The notes under the pieces: generated by a model
Told to the model about the DNA's origin: nothing
The model's database searches: none
What the model saw: only the letters and a program-made list of their open reading frames with translations
Assembly (NCBI GenBank): GCA_965644295.1
Contig: CBFFRP010000365.1
Span: 124,001 to 188,000 of the forward strand
DNA: 64,000 nucleotides
Source of the DNA: Paraphysomonas bandaiensis
Taxonomy: Eukaryota > Protista > Chrysophyceae
Direction: 5' to 3'
In this document: positions 37,480 to 51,345 of the stretch, in pieces
How positions within the stretch are numbered: position 1 is the stretch's first letter
How the letters are laid out: each line of letters opens with the position of its first letter
Program-made: the position numbers and the translations under genes

Positions 37480-38433
37480 TTTATCGCCCTCAAAGGATCC
37501 AAACTCCACAGGCACACAACACAACACCCCTTAACAGTCAGGAGTCCTCTATACGCTATTTATATATATTTACAGTCACTCAGCAGATGTAGAAATATCT
37601 GAACACTTAAACAACAACACCTTTCGCAATATGACAATGACTTTTTGCGACAGCTGTTAGTTTTGGGTGCTTAGTTTGTACTTGTAAATGTGTTGCATAT
37701 TCCATATGATTTAGGTCATATGTAGCCCGACGCATCTGTCCATGTATACACACCATATACATGCACTGCTGTACGGTTGGACGGTTGGGGTGTACATACC
37801 ATACATGGGCAACACTGCGACTAAAAAACAACCAACATATACATATTGGTATACAGCAGTATACATACTTCCATAAAACTTCCAAACTCCTAGAAGTTTG
37901 GAAGTTTCTAATAGAATATTAGTTTTTCCACATAATTTCGTCAAAAACGTCTAATTTTTTAGACTATGCAGGTTTTTCGTCCCATTGCTGTATACAACGT
38001 ATTATTGTCCACAACAATATACGGCTCGTAGTCTTCATTCAGTCCAATCATACACTAATGCAGGCATCAGCAGCAGCAGAGTATGGTAATAGCCTCCCAT
38101 CCAATAGATCTCTAATCTTATCTTTCTATTCGCTAATATCATCACTAATGTGGTTTAAATTTCGAATATTGCCTGTGGTAGTGTCATACCATACATACAC
38201 ATACATACATACACATACATACATACACATACACATACTGCTGTACATACACATACATACATACATCCCCATATCCATCTCGCTCCACATCCAGCAGTAC
38301 TCCACATACATATTCATACCACCATAAGAAGAAATCGCTATAACAAACCCATCATAACTCGACTATATCTGAAGGATCCCCCTCTATATTCATAATATAA
38401 TGCTATAGGTCACCCTCATATCCGTGTATTACT

Positions 38434-41400
38434 ATGAGCATCATGAACTCAGCCGTTATCGCTACTATAGCCTCCAAACTAAACATATCTGATAGTAAAG
38501 TCATTGCAAAGGCTGAAGAGATAGGTCGATTTATGCTTGTTAAAGTTCCCCCTAATTCTCTTAATAAGGTAGTACAGTTATTGTATGGGTATGTATGTAT
38601 AGTGTAATAGAGTGAGTATACAGGGAGAGGTGTGTCGTCCGGTTATAGCAATTGATATCGCCTGTAGACTACTTCAAGTTTCTGTAGCAAAAGAAAATTT
38701 AGTCAGACAGGCAGCTGTATCTGCAAAAATATACTCTGATACGTTCGACAATTGCAAGAATCGACTTAATTTGAGCTTTCCAAGTAATATTACAGTTGAT
38801 ATCCTTGGACTGAAGTATGGTCATCATAGCCTTGTTGGTAAAGCCAAAAAGTTACTGGATGATCGACAAGCTGAATGCTCAAACTACCATGCGAATATTT
38901 CTCATTTGAACCGGGGTGAATTTATTACACTATGTCATGCCGCAGCTTTTTTTGTTACTGCCAAAAACAATAAAGTCAGTTCGTTATAATATTACGTTGT
39001 GCTTGTTGTAAATATTGTGTAGGTCAATATCGTTAAGCAGCAATTGATAGATGATACTTCTATCAACAAGTTTCACTTTAAGACTTTATGTGAACTACTG
39101 GAGGTATGATCTTATATGCCCACTATATTTTTTCTGAACCACTGTAGGGCCCTGCTAGGGTATTGGAAGAAAGAAAAGACACTCATCAGCATCAGTCGAA
39201 TGGTAGTCTCAGCTTGGCGCAACAACATACCCACCATGAGAACTATAAATTCCAGGGGGGGGGCATTCCCCTTTCACGCTCATGTAGAATCACGGCCGAT
39301 CGCCGTACTCAGGCACCTTCATCTAAGGAAAATGCGAGAAACCTACCTCAACCCAATGTGAGCCACCACACATCTCCAGTGAAAGGACTTTCCTCATCTG
39401 CCTCTCAGGATTACTGTGGAAATGTCGGGGGATTGAGTCGACCTCCACTTGTGAAAGCAATCACAAGAAAATCTGTTCCAGAGAAGCAGGAATCATGTGA
39501 GTCTAGTGCAGTTGCAAGCTTGAATAAAATTGCCACTCCTGGGAGTTTGTTGAGAAGTAACTCCTCACCTATTCAATCAACTACAAGCAATGTTCAAAAT
39601 TTTGTGACCACGAAAGCCACAGCTGCAAGTCAGTCTGATTCTGGTGATGGTGTTACTTCTGGGAGCCTCATGAGGAGCAGTTCATCACCAGTCAAGTCAG
39701 CACCGACTAAAATTGCTGCGCCTGGTGGCCAGCTGAATAATAGTTCCCCAACAGTCAAGTCAGTACCCACGAAAATTGCTGCACCTGGTAGCCTGATCAG
39801 CAACAGCTCCCCACCAGTCAAATCGGCGCCGACTAAAATTGCTGCACCTGGTAGCCAGCTGAGTAATAGTTCCCCAACAGTCAAGTCAGTACCCACGAAA
39901 ATTGCCGCACCTGGTAGCCTGATCAGCAATAGTTCCCCACCAGTCAAATCAGCACCGACTAAAATTGCTACACCCGGTAGCCTGATCAGCAGTAGTTCCC
40001 CACCAGTGAAATCAGCATCCACTAAAATTACAAGACCTGGTGGCCTGCTCACGAGTGGTTCACCACTAGTCAAATCAGCACCGACTAAGATTGCTACCCC
40101 TGGTAGCCTGATCAGTAATAGTTCCCCACCAGTCAAATCAGCACCGATTAAGATTGCTACCCCTGGTAGCCTGCTCAGCAGTAGTTCCCCACCTGTGAAA
40201 TCAGTACCAAATAGGATTACTCCCTCTACTGCTGCCAGCAGTACGCCGCCGGTTAGGCCTGATAGTAATAAAGTTACGCCGAGTAGAAGTTTCAGTGCAA
40301 GAACTCCTGCATCTTCAACTAGAGTAACTCGTCCAACACCGAAGAAGTTTCTGAAAAAATCTGTTGAGAGTGCTAAAACTGCTTTTGCGAATTTTTCAGT
40401 TGAGGCTTCACCTCGAAACAGTAGCACCGTCACTGTGGATCTCAAAGAATCTGTTGAGAGTACTAAAAATGCTTCTACAAATTTTTCAGTTGAGTCTTCA
40501 CCTCGAAACAGTGGCACCGTCACTGTGGATCTCAAAGAATCTGTTGAGAGTACTAAAAATGCTTCTACAAATTTTTCAGTTGAGTCTTCACCTCGAAACA
40601 GTGGCACCGTCACTGTGGATCTCAAAGAATCTGTTGAGAGTACTAAAAATGCTTCTACAAATTTTTCAGTTGAGTCTTCACCTCGAAACAGTGGCACCGT
40701 CACTGTGGATTCGTGCCACCCTCCTCAACCTAAATTATCTGAAAGTGACAACGTAGAAAAGCCGCGAAAAGCTGAAAGTACTTCTCCTGTTCAGTCAAAT
40801 TCTTCGATTGACAACCCACAACCCCAAGTAGCCATCTCAGATATGCCTACTCCGCGTGAGTCTGAGAACGTGAATTGCAGTAGTGCTACAACCTCCACTG
40901 TAGTTTCTACGAGAAGTAGTATGGTCACGACTGTCGTTGCAAATGAGTCAGCCCCCATGGAAATAGATTCCTTGGATTGTCACGACGATGGCTCTGTGAA
41001 TGTAAATACGGCTCCGATTAAGAGTAGTTGTGAGGAAGTTTGCGCTGTCCAAAGTGCGTCGCTTATCCCACTGGGAGACCAAACTAGTAAATTTCCCGCG
41101 AAAGATGATTCAAGTACACTGACTCCTCTAGACTATGCAAGTATCCCGATATCAAAAGGTGATACCGAGCGGATGTCCATGGAAAATTCACAAAGAATAG
41201 TACAAAAGTCCTGCCGACCGGAGATTGCCGACGTATTTAAATGCAGTTCTAGGCCCAATGCGGAGCAATTGCGCGCGCCAACTCAGCTCCCAGGAAAAGA
41301 GTATCCTAAGAAAATTGGTAGCAAAAGAACTGTGGCTCTATTAGAGCATATTTCATTCCAAAGTGAAGCGGAATTACAACAGAAGAAGCATATAACTGAT

Positions 41401-41529
41401 GCGGTTTACGAAATGTGGAAAAAGAAAATCCTTGATAAGCATGGCTGGACTCCAGTTCCAACTTTCGATGAGGTATATGGTAGATGGAAAAGTAACTCGA
41501 CTGAAATTGTTGTTGCACACAACACTTAG
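38434..41529 (+). CDS. ORC6: Origin recognition complex subunit 6 with a very long low-complexity insertion (4 exons)
   Basis: IASKLNI...IAKAEEIGR...GEVCRPVIAIDIAC...ITVDILGLKYG...AAAFFVTAK (TFIIB-like ORC6 N-terminus) and YEMWKKKIL near the C-terminus (ORC6 tail motif); splices stay in frame. Confidence 0.8.
39661..40225 (+). repeat. Coding tandem repeat, 63-nt/21-aa unit (GSLISNSSPPVKSAPTKIAAP) x about 9
   Basis: Visible in both DNA and translation. Confidence 0.95.
40354..40710 (+). repeat. Coding tandem repeat, 90-nt/30-aa unit (KESVESTKNASTNFSVESSPRNSGTVTVDL) x 4
   Basis: The last three copies are essentially identical at DNA level. Confidence 0.95.
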
Positions 41530-42249
41530 TTGTTTCTTGAAGTTCTTGTGTTATTGCCTATAGATTTCCCTGTAAAAAGTATATATTTGTATCTTTTTCT
41601 CATTATCTACGATCTGTTTCACATGCTTCAAAGATAATACTTTCGCAAAAAACTCAAGAACGTGTTGAACAGTTTGTGTAGTTTTGCTATGTAGTGGTAT
41701 ATATATAGTACTGCCATTAGAATAAAGTGAACACAATTTCTAATGATAAAATAGTTTAGAAGTAGATATGACACTTGTGGTCATTATTAGAGCGATTTTT
41801 CCTTTTCAATACCACATAACATATATATTTCGCTGCATAGTATAAAAGCAGTATGCTACTTAAACTAGTGGCAAATATTACTCTGACTAAAGATATTTAG
41901 TCTTCTGACTGGATAATAACTCTGGAAGAGCGGCTGTAATCACTTCACTTCATACTTTCAAATTTTAAACGCTCTGATAGTTGTAGTATTAGTGATATTT
42001 TAGTTCTATTGGTGTGTTTGATCTAAATGCACTATCTAATCTATGAGACAACAACGTGCTTTTTAGCGTTTAACGTGTACAAAGAAATTAACGCAGAATA
42101 TTAACGTGTACAAATATCGTGTCGAAGGAGAATTCGAAATACGAAAGGCAGCCATTGTAGTAGCCAGATTATATATAAATTAAATAAGGCAGCTCAACTG
42201 AAATAGGCAGAATCGCGCTAAATGCTACCGCACTTACTGAACCATGGAA

Positions 42250-44466
42250 CTACTTTAATACAAACACACACTTGCTCTCGTCCAGATCAGCTCTACATAT
42301 ATCCGCTACACAACATATTTCATCTGTAGAGGGTCCGCAGTACGACTCCTGAGACAGCTGCTTACTTCCCCCTGCATATAATGTACCTTTGAGTGCTGTA
42401 CAATTCGTACAATGCACAGTGCACATCAAATGTGTAACATTCAAGCTCAATAACAAGCACACAGTATAAATTCAATCACCTGCACTACTTCGATTGCTTG
42501 ACCATGTGTCGTCACGATTAGTATTTACTGCCAGAACAGGGTTCACCCTAAGTCCTTTAACTTTACTCGTTGTATGCGACCCCGTACTTCGAGGCCTATC
42601 TTCTGTAGACTTACTTCCAACTGTTTCCTTCTACAATACGCAATCATAAACACATCACAAGAATAGGTTTTACACCACACAGTACAATAATACCTTTAGA
42701 ACCGGGTATTCATATATACGATTAATAAGCTTGCGATGTTGCGCAATGCCAAGCAATCGAGGAACATTAACATCTCGAAGTAACTTGGGGTTACTGGCAA
42801 TAAGTTCACGAATAGTTACCCCTAAAGTAAATATTGCAAACAGTGTGAGAACATCAGAAATAATTCGCACCACATAAATACCTGGTCGTAATGAAAGAAT
42901 AAACCTAAATATATTTTCTCTCTTCGGGAGTACATCAGGTTTATGAGCTGAATAAAGTTCAACTTCCTTCAGCTTCGATTCATCTGCCAAGTCTACGACG
43001 CATTCAGTCAATTCCAGCACGTGTATAATACCCGAGAGATAAAATTATACCCAATGCATAAGCAAGAATATGTATACAACAGCATACAAATTAAGGTATA
43101 AAACATATTTGCAATGTCAGAATAGATCTAACAATTATATTCGTTTGATGGGGAACATACCGAGAGCCCGCGGGGTAGATATATACATGTTCGAAAATTG
43201 AAAAATATCGGAAATAATGACGCATCTAGTGCATAAAAGTAAATACGATTAGCAATAATTCAGAAGTGCGTCGTACTCATAGAATACAAGGACTCGTAAA
43301 CACTGTTTGGCGCATATAATATCCACCTGAGGAAAAATATAAAAAAGGTATAGCAATGACAGAAACGAAATGCAACAATCTCCAATAAATACGGTTAGCA
43401 ATAATAGAGAAACAGCATGAAATCACAACAAATATGTACACTATTAAAAGATCAGCGTATACTATGCAGAGGCCCCTTACATCAGCATCAGCAGCGATCT
43501 TACGGACACAGGCCTGGTTATCTATATACGGCAATATGCGATTCACTGTTATATCCCACGGCATTCTAGCTAATAAAGATTTATCCTGATATTAAAGTGA
43601 GTATTAATTAAATATGACTCTTTGAGAGAAAACAAGTATGACATGGTTTGTGACACTTAGTCACCCACTGGAATTTTTAGTGGTAAGAGTTCGTTACGAA
43701 AATCATTGTCCGAAAAAATATTTCGTAGATGGTCATAGGCTTACAGAAAGAGACAGATGTGATCATATCACCTGAAGCATCATCGGTACATCATAATCTC
43801 GGATCACGGGAGGAATTTCCTCTGGAGATCGATATAGCTTAACAGCGAGCATATTGGCACTGTCCATCTGTACATAAGCTTCACCATTCTCTACCAATCC
43901 CTCATACAACCACCGTAGAACTTTCTCCAACATACTCTACAAATCCAATCATAAAGATAAAAAATATTTGAGTACTGACGATACCTTCGAAGAGGGATTG
44001 AATAAATACTCGACTTCAATTTCTAATGCTACAAGAGTTGCAGCCAATTTACGTAAAACTGGTTCATAAGGTTCCTGTACATACATCAAGTATAAAAAAC
44101 AATCATGTATGTGATGTAGTTAATTACCGTATCAACACACTCTCCAACTACGAATCCTATAGCAAAAGACAGTGTGTTTCTCCCATACTGTAAGCCTTAT
44201 TATCCATATAGGTATATGTATGTATCATCCCACATGTTTCTACTTACTTTAGCATTCTCAATAGCAACCGAGAAGTTCATAAACTGAATCTGATCGTATT
44301 TAATCACAATAATTTGCTCACATAAATGTTTCCCCACAATCACATAATCAGATACACATTCAAATGATTTTAAAGACATTATCCCATCAGGATATTGATA
44401 TAATAATTGTGGACCGACATCATTATCAAATTCTGAATATGTTATACCGATTAGTTGATTGGTCAT
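42250..44466 (-). CDS. NPRL2: GATOR1 subunit NPRL2 (nitrogen permease regulator 2), many exons
   Basis: YSEFDNDVGPQLLYQYP, IENAKYGRNTLSFAIGFV, WDITVNRILPYID..CVRKIAADADV, DIFQFSNMY; 3' exon structure approximate. Confidence 0.9.
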
Positions 44467-44833
44467 ATATATGAGGGGGATATGATGGTATTGAGGGGGT
44501 GGAGAGGTATGTATGTATGTATGTAGGTAGGTAGGTATGTATTGAGGGAGATGTAAGGAAGAAGTGAAGCATATGATATGATGAAGTTATTATCTTAAGA
44601 ACAAGGACTGTGTACTTCATGAGGTGTGGTGAAGTACTTTATTATGGAATATGTGTAGAGTATGGAGGAGAGTACCTACAGAAGTACACAGCCCTCTATG
44701 CAGGTACACATATGTACATACATCTCCATAAGAATCAGTCATACAGCAGTACAGTACTTTTCTAGGTACAAATGTACATATCTACAACATAGAGAAGTAC
44801 ACCTTACCATATACACAGGTACAACTATATCCC

Positions 44834-45010
44834 CATACATACATACATACATACATACATACATACATACATACATACATACATACATACATACATACAT
44901 ACATACATACATACATACATACATACATACATACATACATACATACATACATACATACATACATACATACATACATACATACATACATACATACATACAT
45001 ACATACATAC
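44834..45010. repeat. (CATA)n microsatellite, about 44 units
   Basis: Perfect tetranucleotide run between NPRL2 and CFAP61. Confidence 0.99.
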
Positions 45011-45254
45011 ACTATGATTATGTCCGTTACATTTTCAAGCATATGGATGTATGAATACATTGATAATACGTGCAACTTAACACAATCCTTTGCATCGATT
45101 GATATTGTTATCATTGTTTCATCACACCTCTAGTCACAAGAGTGTTTACTGGCAATCAATCAGTACATCTTGTTCTTAAGTGATTCATATCACGTCATTT
45201 TGCGGCCGGTACACTGACTCAGTGATTACATAATTAATTATTTAAAGTTCTGGA

Positions 45255-48200
45255 ATGCAAAAAGTTAGAAGTGCAACTATAGAGGATGGTCGTGAGTTTA
45301 ATGCCCTCGTTAACTCACTCGGTGGTACAAATCTTTTTCGTGCGCAATTTGGTCAATATAATTTCACGTCATTAATTGAATATGCGCATATTTCACTTTA
45401 TCTACCTGCTGACGATGGAACTTGCGGATGTTTTGCAACTTTTACAGATGGTTTGCTAAATGCTGGTGATAATATTTCATTTGATAGTATCTTGAAGAAT
45501 CTGAGCGAACTGATGCCTTGTAGAGTAAGTTTTATTAGTTTGAAGTTGACGAGGTGTAACCTCTCTTGCAGGTCACAAACAGTTTGATTCTTAATTTCTG
45601 GGCCATCAATGAAGATGCAGTGGGGTCTAGTGGGGGCTACGATTTACTTCGATATATGTTTAGTCAATGCCCTGAAGTGAACTACGTGTTTTGGGTGTGT
45701 TCTGCCACCACCAACCCTCCGTCGTTTCTAGAGCGCAATTTTACCAAAGTAAATTTGTCTAAACGCACTGTTAAAGAAGAAGAAGATGTACTAAAAAAAT
45801 CAGCGGTATATTTCCTTCATCGGTCTAAAGTACTTCCCCAACTTCAAGTAAGAGATGCTCGTGTTGAAGACAACGACGATCTACTACCGATTTTGCAAAG
45901 TAGCAACCCTAATGTTGCCAATGGTCAGGAAGAGTATTTTCTGGCGAATCTCATTCAGTCTCAGGATGATCAGAACAAATTTTTTGTTGGGGTACATAAA
46001 AACCGTCCCGTTGGAATGTTGGCGACTAGTTTGAATATCAACTCTGAACTATTGGCGAGGGTGTTTTCCTTAGAAAAATATACGGGGTTGATATCGTATC
46101 CTGATGTTGTTATAAATACCAGACCTCATGTAACACTGCTGGTCGGAGAGCCCCAAGCTGTTCAATACTTGAATTTAAGCAGAATTGCTGACGAAAGTAT
46201 GTGTAATTGGATAGACGGGGCACAAATTCGACAGAGTGATTCGAACCTTCAAGTCTCTTCGAACTTTGCCTCCGCAGTGGCGTCCAAGATAAAGCTATTA
46301 GCCGACAAGAAATCTCAGTCCCGTGGCTGCTTTGTTACTGATTTTCCGCGAAACGAACATGATGCAAGGGCCTTACTCCATTATCTGAGGGAAGAAAAAA
46401 TTGTAGTGGATGCTGTAATAGAAGTGCAGGGTGTGGAAGAAGATATTGATCTCGAAGCAGAGGAAGATATTGCTGGAGAATACCTTGATGCTATTGAAAT
46501 TTTACGCGAGCCATTTACCTCTGCTGATGTACCCCATGACGATTTCTTCAACTATAATGTTACTTGGAAAAAGATCAAGCTAGAGGAATCTGTAGCCTCG
46601 CCAGAAATTGCGAATGATTTAGTTCTTGTCGAACTGAAATCTTTACTTGATGGGTATGAGAAAGAAGCAGAAGCATTGGTAAAAAGCAACCAAGCTGGGC
46701 CTTCGACAAATGCATTTGCGATATCACTATTCAGTATGGACGAGAAATTTGAATCAAGGTCTGAGGATTTATTGAGGGTTGCTTTTGAAGAATACGAGGG
46801 AATAGACTATTGTATTCTCATGGTTCCAAACGCGACAATTCCGTCAAGCGCGTTGACTCATGGAATGCAATGTCCACGCGTTCGCGAGGGAGTTAGTTTC
46901 GACCAATCGCTCTATATCATTCACAGACAAGCGTTACTAGCTCATGATTTTCTTTCTGTAGTAAGACTGGAAGACTCGCATATTGAGTTATTGGGCGGAT
47001 TGGTGACAACACTTGATGAAGATGATGGCTCGGATTTATTGGCTACTGCAACAAGATCACTGAGAGATAAAGAAGTTAACCTCGCCAACAATCCAGCGGA
47101 AGTCTGCTTCTCAGTTGTCATTGGAAATGACGTTGTTGGAGTGGTGTGCTTATCAAGAAAATTGACCACTTCTGAAGATATTACTCATTTCAGAGAGAAT
47201 TATCTTCTTGATGATATTATCAGCTACGAACGGCACCGAGGAAGAGCTCAAGCAATGATTACCCATTGGGTTATTAATCCCATTTACTCCAAGTGGTCTA
47301 GATTTATTCTACGTGAAGTCATGAGATACTATCACAAAACACTCCTATATTTTCATGGAGCAAAACAAACTAGGCCGTGCTCTGAAATGCTTGAAGAAAT
47401 GATTCCCGTTAGGGTGCGATCTGTGGTATATGCGAAGCCTGCAGATATGTTTGAATCTAAGGACTGCTCTGCGGGTTATTATCCAGCTTGTGATCGTCCA
47501 CTTTATGTCATGATGAAAAAGGATATCGTGCACAGAAAAAACGTTATCGGCAAACGCGTTGTAGTTGTGGGAGGAAATTCAACTGCACTTTCAATATTAG
47601 AACAGATTTGTATGAATGACAGCAGATATGTCAACAATGTATACCTTGTTATGGAGTCACCACCGACTCCTTGGAGATCCTCAACTGCTGAAAATGAATT
47701 CGATGAAAGTAGTGATGTTGCAGATAATTACTCCGGAGCTTTATCCCCGAAAGATATTGATGATTACACAGAACAGGAGTTATTTGCACTTGGACTGGCA
47801 AACCGTATTACTCTTATCCAAGGAAAATTATCTGATATCGATCGCAAAAACCAAGCCATCATTGTTTCTGACGAGGTTATAGTGGAATACGATGTCTTGG
47901 TGGTAGCGTCAGGGCTGCAAGGTAAGGATTTTTTTTTTCTGTAGTTATGGTTATATTTCGCCTCACAGATGTGACGTACAAGAAGATTCCCAGTTTGTCA
48001 TCATTGCATCCAATTTCATGTTCCGACAAAGGTATTTTCTGTTTAGGAAGTTACCATGTTGACATGATGGCGATAAATCACTTGCGAAAGGAAGGGGAGT
48101 ATCCCACCAACAAAAGTTGCAGCGATCGTATTGTTGTTTATGGCAAGGGAATAAAAGCATTATGTGCACTTGGACGCCTTGAGGAGCTTGGTATTCCTGC

Positions 48201-49669
48201 ATCAAGAATAGTTTGGGTGAATCCAGAAGAAGGTGTCAGTGAAATTGAAAATGAAGAGGTAAGACTCCATTTAAGCATATTCTACGGTTTTAGATGTGTT
48301 ACAGATGAATAAGATTGCCACCACTGGCCTAAAATTCAGTACTGACGATGAAGAAGAATCGCCAGGAACTATAACTATATATTGGAATTCTCAAATATTA
48401 GATGTTGACTATCCTTCTCATGATGAACTCATTGCTGAAGGTGGAACGGGGGTTATTGACGGCCTCAGCATACGCAAGTACCCTCCCAAGAATTCAGTGA
48501 TGGGGCCGAAAGATGAGTTCTTAGAATGCAGTACTCTGATTCTCTGTGCAGACTTGCAGTGCGATGTTGATGTGTTCACGGCTATCAATGAGTCAGGACT
48601 TGTTTATGATGGTGGCGTCGTTGTCGACGAGGTTGAATATGTCACTTGTTATTGTTACCATTTTAATTCTGCTGTTTGTGTACAGAATTTTAGGACTGTT
48701 GACCCTTGCATATATGCGGTTGGTGCATTCAGCCGGTATTCTCGTAGATTCACTGATCAAGTTTCACACAGCAGGTATTATGCCTCTTTGTTCTAAAACG
48801 TTTACTGTTTAAAAAATAAATAAATAGAATTAATTCTCGGGAGCTGGGAGAATACGTCGCTTCAGAAATTATTACAAAGCATTTTACAAGCGAATCAATA
48901 TCTGATGATGCGGAATTTCGTCACAATGATACACTGAAGCCTCCATCCTTGACTCGTCCGAAGTTTCACAAATTTCACCGTCCCAAGATAATAGATTGTC
49001 GATTTCCTGGAAACGTTCAATACTTTTACAGTTCTGTTCCTGACAATGTCCCAAACACGAAGAATGGGTACTTAATCACTGGACCAGCTGTGGATTTGAG
49101 CAGCAGAGTTTGTGGTGTCAAGGTATTTCTCACTATACTACTGTTTTTCTTCCCTCTGTAATAAATGGCTTGCGTAGATTGCACCACTCGGTTATGTTTC
49201 AGAAATTACTTGTTGCCAGTTGTTACATCCTGCTACATCGGCGTATCATCGTAACTTAGCGAAGTATATTGGCTGTCTGGTCGGATGGCACGAGTCGTAC
49301 CTTAACTCTGCGGCGTTTGCTTTCGAATCAAACAGTGTACCTGACTGGATAGATTTTTTTTCTGGCGATTGGGTTACATGTCTGAGATTTGATAGATTCC
49401 CTGCTCTTGCAGAAATGATTCGCGTATCATTATATTCTGATAGAGGAATGATTACTATTATGGATAAAGTCATGGAGAATGCTGAATCAACTGCGCTTGT
49501 GGATGTGATTGCCTCTGCTCGTCGTAATATTTTAGGGGATCGAGCAGCGAATGTGGATGCGAATACCAAAAATGTTGTTGTCGCGCAACTTCTTGACTTC
49601 ATAAGAAAAAATAAGGCATATCTGCCGAAGTATTTCTTACCGAATCCTAAGTCATCCAAAAGTTCGTGA
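45255..49669 (+). CDS. CFAP61: Cilia- and flagella-associated protein 61, multi-exon
   Basis: VRDARVEDNDDLLPI, NAFAISLFSMDEKFESRSEDLL..AF...DYCILMVP, RVVVVGG, EYDVLVVASGLQ, AINESGLVYDGGVVVD-NFRTVDPCIYAVG. Confidence 0.9.
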
Positions 49670-50101
49670 ATATAGTAGACGTTGCGATAACGCCTGTTTT
49701 TTCTCAATAATGTGGAGTAAGCATTCGAAAGGAATTAACAGTTGCTTGATAATGAATTATGACTGAATAATGATTACAATAAGTAGATATAATACCACTT
49801 ACTATTTATAATATCCTTGGATATTGTACATTATAGCTAACTGAATGGCCATCATGGCGTTCGATAAATTCTTTTGCCTCAATAGACCCTTCCCAACTGG
49901 GCATTCTCACCTGATAATTCTCTCCATACAGATTGCAGTATTAAAACTTTGCTTTCTTAGTTTCTCTGTTTTCTTAGTTTCATATTTTATCATGACGTAT
50001 GTATGTCAATAATCATAATTGCTACTTGCAGTAATATCTATAATTTCTACAAAAAGTAATGTCTTAATTCTTGCATGCTAAGTACTATTCATAATTACTA
50101 C

Positions 50102-50487
50102 CAAGGCCTGGTAACCAATAATGGCCCATTAATGGTAGTCCAGTTCCCGGCAATTATAATGACATAAATGAAAAATATCCCGGCAATTATAATGGCCATT
50201 AATATTGCTCGCTCAGGAAACTATTCTCTAAATCTACAGAGCATTGAGAAGATAGTAAATAAAGTTGCCACAAAGTGTCTGAACATTGTTGTCTAATATT
50301 GCTTAGAGCTTCTTCGGAGTATAGAGGCGATACGATATTATATTATCTAAAAAACACTCAGTTCTATATATAGCAGTACAGGTAATTAATTTATACCATT
50401 AATGACCCATTAATGGTAGTCCGGTTACCGGCAATTATAATGGCATCAATTAAAAATGCCATTACCATTAATGGTTACCAGGCCCTG
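50102..50487. mobile_element. hAT-type non-autonomous element (MITE), 386 bp
   Basis: 23-bp TIRs caaggcctggtaaccaataatgg / ccattaatggttaccaggccctg (2 mismatches); 8-bp TSD attactac at 50094-50101 and 50488-50495; internal repeats cggcaattataatg and ccattaatgg. Confidence 0.93.
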
Positions 50488-50614
50488 ATTACTACTCATT
50501 AAGTAACGTACTTTGTTTATGAATTGGTTAGCGGAATCATGCAACCTTTCATTCACTTTACTACACTGTATCCAACATTGTGGTGAATATCTTATTATGA
50601 GCAGTCAACGTTAC

Positions 50615-50955
50615 GAAAGATGCTTGTGCGTCACTGCAAGCACCAAGGTGGAACCACTTTTACTCTATCACTTAAAGCAAACGCAGTGAGCAAACAGAAT
50701 ATCTGACATCTGGTGACTTTTGGATTTTGAATCCTTATGGTGAACAGCCCGCATGCTTGACTTCAGCAGACAGTCCAATATATCCCGGTTGCCTGTTTAT
50801 TCGTCAGGGCCCAAAGACACTTATTGGTGTGCCTTGTACCTCACACAAGAATTTGGCTATATAAGTGGACAGAAAACTATTTGGTTACTATACATGCGGC
50901 TCACGTTATAGTTTCCCGGAGAAATATCTCTGGTACTTATCCCAGAAAACAGTCT
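50615..50955 (+). repeat. Dispersed repeat A, copy 2
   Basis: Colinear with the reverse complement of 27390-27830, with indels. Confidence 0.9.
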
Positions 50956-51159
50956 GACTTTTTTGCGGGTGTCCCCAACATGGCTCCCCTTTTGTCAAAG
51001 AAACCCATTCAAAAGTTGAATCTAGAGCACTGTCAATGACAACTTTTACGTGGCTTTAACTATTCAAACATGAGATACCTAGTTTGTTAAAAAATATCCG
51101 AGATTGTCACGTGCAAAACTTCTTCATAACATTATCGAAAAATTAAGTCGAAACAACTC

Positions 51160-51345
51160 CACCCGATGCTGATGGCGATACCACAACTCTGGCGGGTTTA
51201 CACCAGTCATATAGTAAGATTAGAAAAACCACATTGCATTTTCCATATTATTTCGGGATGTCAAATCCAATCCTACTGGAATTGGCGAAGCAAGAAGAAT
51301 ACCATGGATTGAGGGCTTAGACAAATCAATTGCCGTATATTGATT
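51160..51345 (+). pseudogene. Degenerate tyrosine-recombinase core fragment
   Basis: Frameshifted ...GL-SHIVRLEK...AFSILFRDVKSNPTGIGEARRIP resembles YR 'GLRxSE..L' followed by 'I..SKTDQ.G.G...IP'. Confidence 0.45.

Noticed and set aside
39630-40703. 357-aa minus-strand ORF
   Set aside because: Antisense shadow of the ORC6 coding repeats.
44662-45114. ORFs with HTYI/MYVC repeats
   Set aside because: Translations of the (CATA)n microsatellite.
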